Below, piece by piece: positions 6,658-8,880 of a stretch of DNA of 8,880 bases. Under the pieces are notes generated by a model that saw only the letters and a program-made list of their open reading frames with translations, was not told the origin of the DNA and did not search any database. A program made the position numbers and the translations under genes. The stretch comes from Amoeboradix gromovi X-113 (lineage: Eukaryota; Fungi; Sanchytriomycota), in contig JADGIF010000420.1 of the NCBI GenBank assembly GCA_018985225.1, forward strand, positions 1 to 8,880, written 5' to 3'. Position 1 is the first letter of the stretch; each line of letters begins with the position of its first letter.

Positions 6658-6774
6658 ATGAAATTTCGTGAATACTTAAATTTAGATTGGTGCCAATTGT
6701 ATAGGGCAACGTAAATAAATCTTACTGACCTTTTGTATCTGGGGTTGCATTGATATAAAGTTTTTGAAACCTCG

Positions 6775-7515
6775 ATGCAAATGTTTTATCAAAGAAAAAA
6801 CGTAGCTTATAAATCTGCTATACTAGGTATACACCGCCATACTCTTTGGCCGGTCAAGAACTACCAGTCTGACTACCTGTTCGGTGATATTGTCTCAGGT
6901 CCAGCTTACCATTTACCCTGTATTGTTATAGTAAAAGTATTTCAGAACCTGTCTACGATACGGGATGACATTAAAAAAAAGATTGAGTCAAGAGCGTCTA
7001 AAAGCTGTCGGAAACGGGGTAGATGTGATGACTGTATTACTCTCTCGGAAGGAATCACTGATTGTCTTTACTTTGTACCAGAGCCCAATAACGATAATTC
7101 ACAGTCTTGGATACGTTTGACAGGGTTTCACCAAATACCTATAATTGAATGTGAAGAAATTTCAGGATTACAATCAAAACTTACCACACTGGCAAGTGCG
7201 TCCTCGAGGATTGTCGCTTTGAAGTTTATAAGAGAGTCAATTTGTTTCTATATTGGGCAACTAAGTAGTGATATTGGTAATATTTATACGAGTTCTATCG
7301 ACAGGGAGTTTCATTTTGCAATCTTAACACCTCCTATTTGGAACTATGGCAAGAATGTAAATTTAATGTTGAAGTTTAAGAATGAAATTATAAGACTAAG
7401 CCCTGTGTCTACCGTTTGGATCATATTTGAAAACTTGAATACTGAATTTAACACAACGAATGAATCTGTGGATCTGAATGTTTTAATGGATATGGTAAGC
7501 AATCAATTTCAATAA
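6775..7515 (+). CDS. Hypothetical protein (246 aa)
   Basis: Long ORF in AT-rich DNA, converging on the next gene with a 13-bp gap. No family recognised. Confidence 0.75.
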   Translation: MQMFYQRKNVAYKSAILGIHRHTLWPVKNYQSDYLFGDIVSGPAYHLPCIVIVKVFQNLSTIRDDIKKKIESRASKSCRKRGRCDDCITLSEGITDCLYFVPEPNNDNSQSWIRLTGFHQIPIIECEEISGLQSKLTTLASASSRIVALKFIRESICFYIGQLSSDIGNIYTSSIDREFHFAILTPPIWNYGKNVNLMLKFKNEIIRLSPVSTVWIIFENLNTEFNTTNESVDLNVLMDMVSNQFQ

Positions 7516-7528
7516 ACAAATTAATTTA

Positions 7529-8332
7529 CTAATCTAACGGTGTCTTAAATGTCCCATATAAAAGATCTACATGATCATTTGGTAAGTCTTTAAATTTTTT
7601 GTTGATAGTACTCAATATCTTACGAGTCTCGTCATATTTATCAACAAATTGAAAATATAATGGATGTCTAAAAGGTATTAACATCTCCAAAGTACTACAT
7701 TTAACTTCCGGCAAAATAACGCCAAGCCTAACAAGACCATCGTAATGATTTGTATCCTCTCTGTAAAGATATTCAATAACCTTTGATCTTTTCTCTTTGA
7801 GATGCTCAAATTGCTTTAAAGCCATATTATTAACAGATTTGAAAGTCAAAGTTGAATGACGAGAACCTCCGATGTACATGGTATCATCCCAATACATTCT
7901 CACATCTTTAGCTGTTGGGGATTTAAAAATAAATCTTTTGCACAACATTTTGGCATAAATAGCACACTTGTCAATATTGACATCAAGATTTGTATTAATC
8001 TCATCGTAATAAATCCCTGAACCACGACTACATACTTTCTTAACAACTAGGCGCCATTTATCAAGATTCTGAACAAGTTTAACCCAAATATTGAATTCGG
8101 TCAAATGCTTCATAATAAAAAATTCTTGGTAGTATTCCGGAAAAGTAGTTTCGGCTTTCCAGCCTTCAATAAACTCTTCTCGAGGTTCTACGTGAATAGA
8201 GAAAACAGGAACAGGATTGACATCAGAGAACTTTTTAATATCCATATCATTCCACAATTTGATTATTTCTGTAGCCGTGGGTATCATACTGACTGAAGAA
8301 AACTCTTTTTCAATTTGAAATTCATTTAACAT
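7529..8332 (-). CDS. Hypothetical protein (267 aa)
   Basis: Longest ORF, ATG start, natural composition. No family recognised. Confidence 0.8.
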   Translation of the reverse strand: MLNEFQIEKEFSSVSMIPTATEIIKLWNDMDIKKFSDVNPVPVFSIHVEPREEFIEGWKAETTFPEYYQEFFIMKHLTEFNIWVKLVQNLDKWRLVVKKVCSRGSGIYYDEINTNLDVNIDKCAIYAKMLCKRFIFKSPTAKDVRMYWDDTMYIGGSRHSTLTFKSVNNMALKQFEHLKEKRSKVIEYLYREDTNHYDGLVRLGVILPEVKCSTLEMLIPFRHPLYFQFVDKYDETRKILSTINKKFKDLPNDHVDLLYGTFKTPLD

Positions 8333-8596
8333 CTTTTGTTTTACAATGGGGCAGATTTTAATTTAAAAAATGTTACAAGCAAGATGAAGATTACAAGGAA
8401 ATAAATTATAATTTACTTAATAAATGCATCCCTGCTTAATCCGCCTCAGGGTAGTGGAAGTGTGGGCAACCATCGTAATAGAGCTAGCAATAGTTTTATG
8501 GTAGTTCTCGATTTTCTCGGAAATCGGGACTTTGAATGAGGAGCAGCGTCATAGTAATCACATTGAAATTAAATAAAATGTGATTTTATTAATAAC

Positions 8597-8866
8597 TTAA
8601 CTACTCATATATATTTCGCCAATTAATTTCAATCCTCTAGCTCTTCTTGCTAGTATAATTTCATCAACATTTGGTTCATACAAGACATCATCACAAACTT
8701 GTCTAAGGACATTTTGAACTTCTAACCTAGACCCTTTCCATATAGTTTCCATAGATTTTTGCGCCATTTCTGCCTGTAGTCTTCGACCCTCCTCTTCACT
8801 AGCTAAGGCTGTTTGTCCTTGTTCTACTTGTTGTAATTTAGCATGGCTTTTTTGCATATGGGACAT
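8597..8866 (-). pseudogene. C-terminal DnaJ-X domain fragment of a Djp1/Caj1-type J-protein, 5'-interrupted by the repeat element
   Basis: METIWKGSRLEVQNVLRQVCDDVL...LARRARGLKLIGEIY fits the DnaJ-X end pattern (W....E....LR.VC..VL...RA..L..IG..Y). No J-domain/HPD in the window. The ATG lies inside the element. Confidence 0.8.
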
Positions 8867-8880
8867 GCTCTGTAAAAAGT
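8860..8880 (+). repeat. Left-end module, copy 3 (cut by window edge)
   Basis: GGGACATGCTCTGTAAAAAGT matches 1180-1200 at 20/21; preceded by ATAT as in copy 1. Confidence 0.9.

Noticed and set aside
8105-8296. 63-aa plus-strand ORF
   Set aside because: Nested antisense to the 267-aa ORF.
6775-8332. Whole window using TAR=Gln
   Set aside because: These long ORFs contain no internal TAA/TAG and end convergently at TAA and TAG 13 bp apart.

Overview
AT-rich (about 30% GC by eye), intron-less window with low coding density and a mosaic make-up. It looks like DNA of a large eukaryotic DNA virus (Nucleocytoviricota-like) or an endogenised, decaying copy of one; that origin is inference. The only clearly recognisable intact gene is a GIY-YIG nuclease with two CCHC knuckles. 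The rest is orphan ORFs plus fragments of eukaryote-type genes: DnaJ-X domain, homeodomain, GT32-like glycosyltransferase and a possible Sola-like transposase C-terminus. A repeat family built on CTCTGTAAAAACTAGACTA runs through the window: a 100-bp left-end module at 1180 and 2051 (94% identical), a third start at 8860, and inverted ends at 1456-1481 and 3766-3826. It truncates genes and supplies them with new start or stop codons. Several apparently intergenic stretches read as plausible protein if TAA/TAG encode Gln, whereas the long intact ORFs use the standard code. This hints at DNA from a TAR=Gln organism or at C-to-T decay, and needs statistical testing. No rRNA, tRNA or CRISPR array was found.
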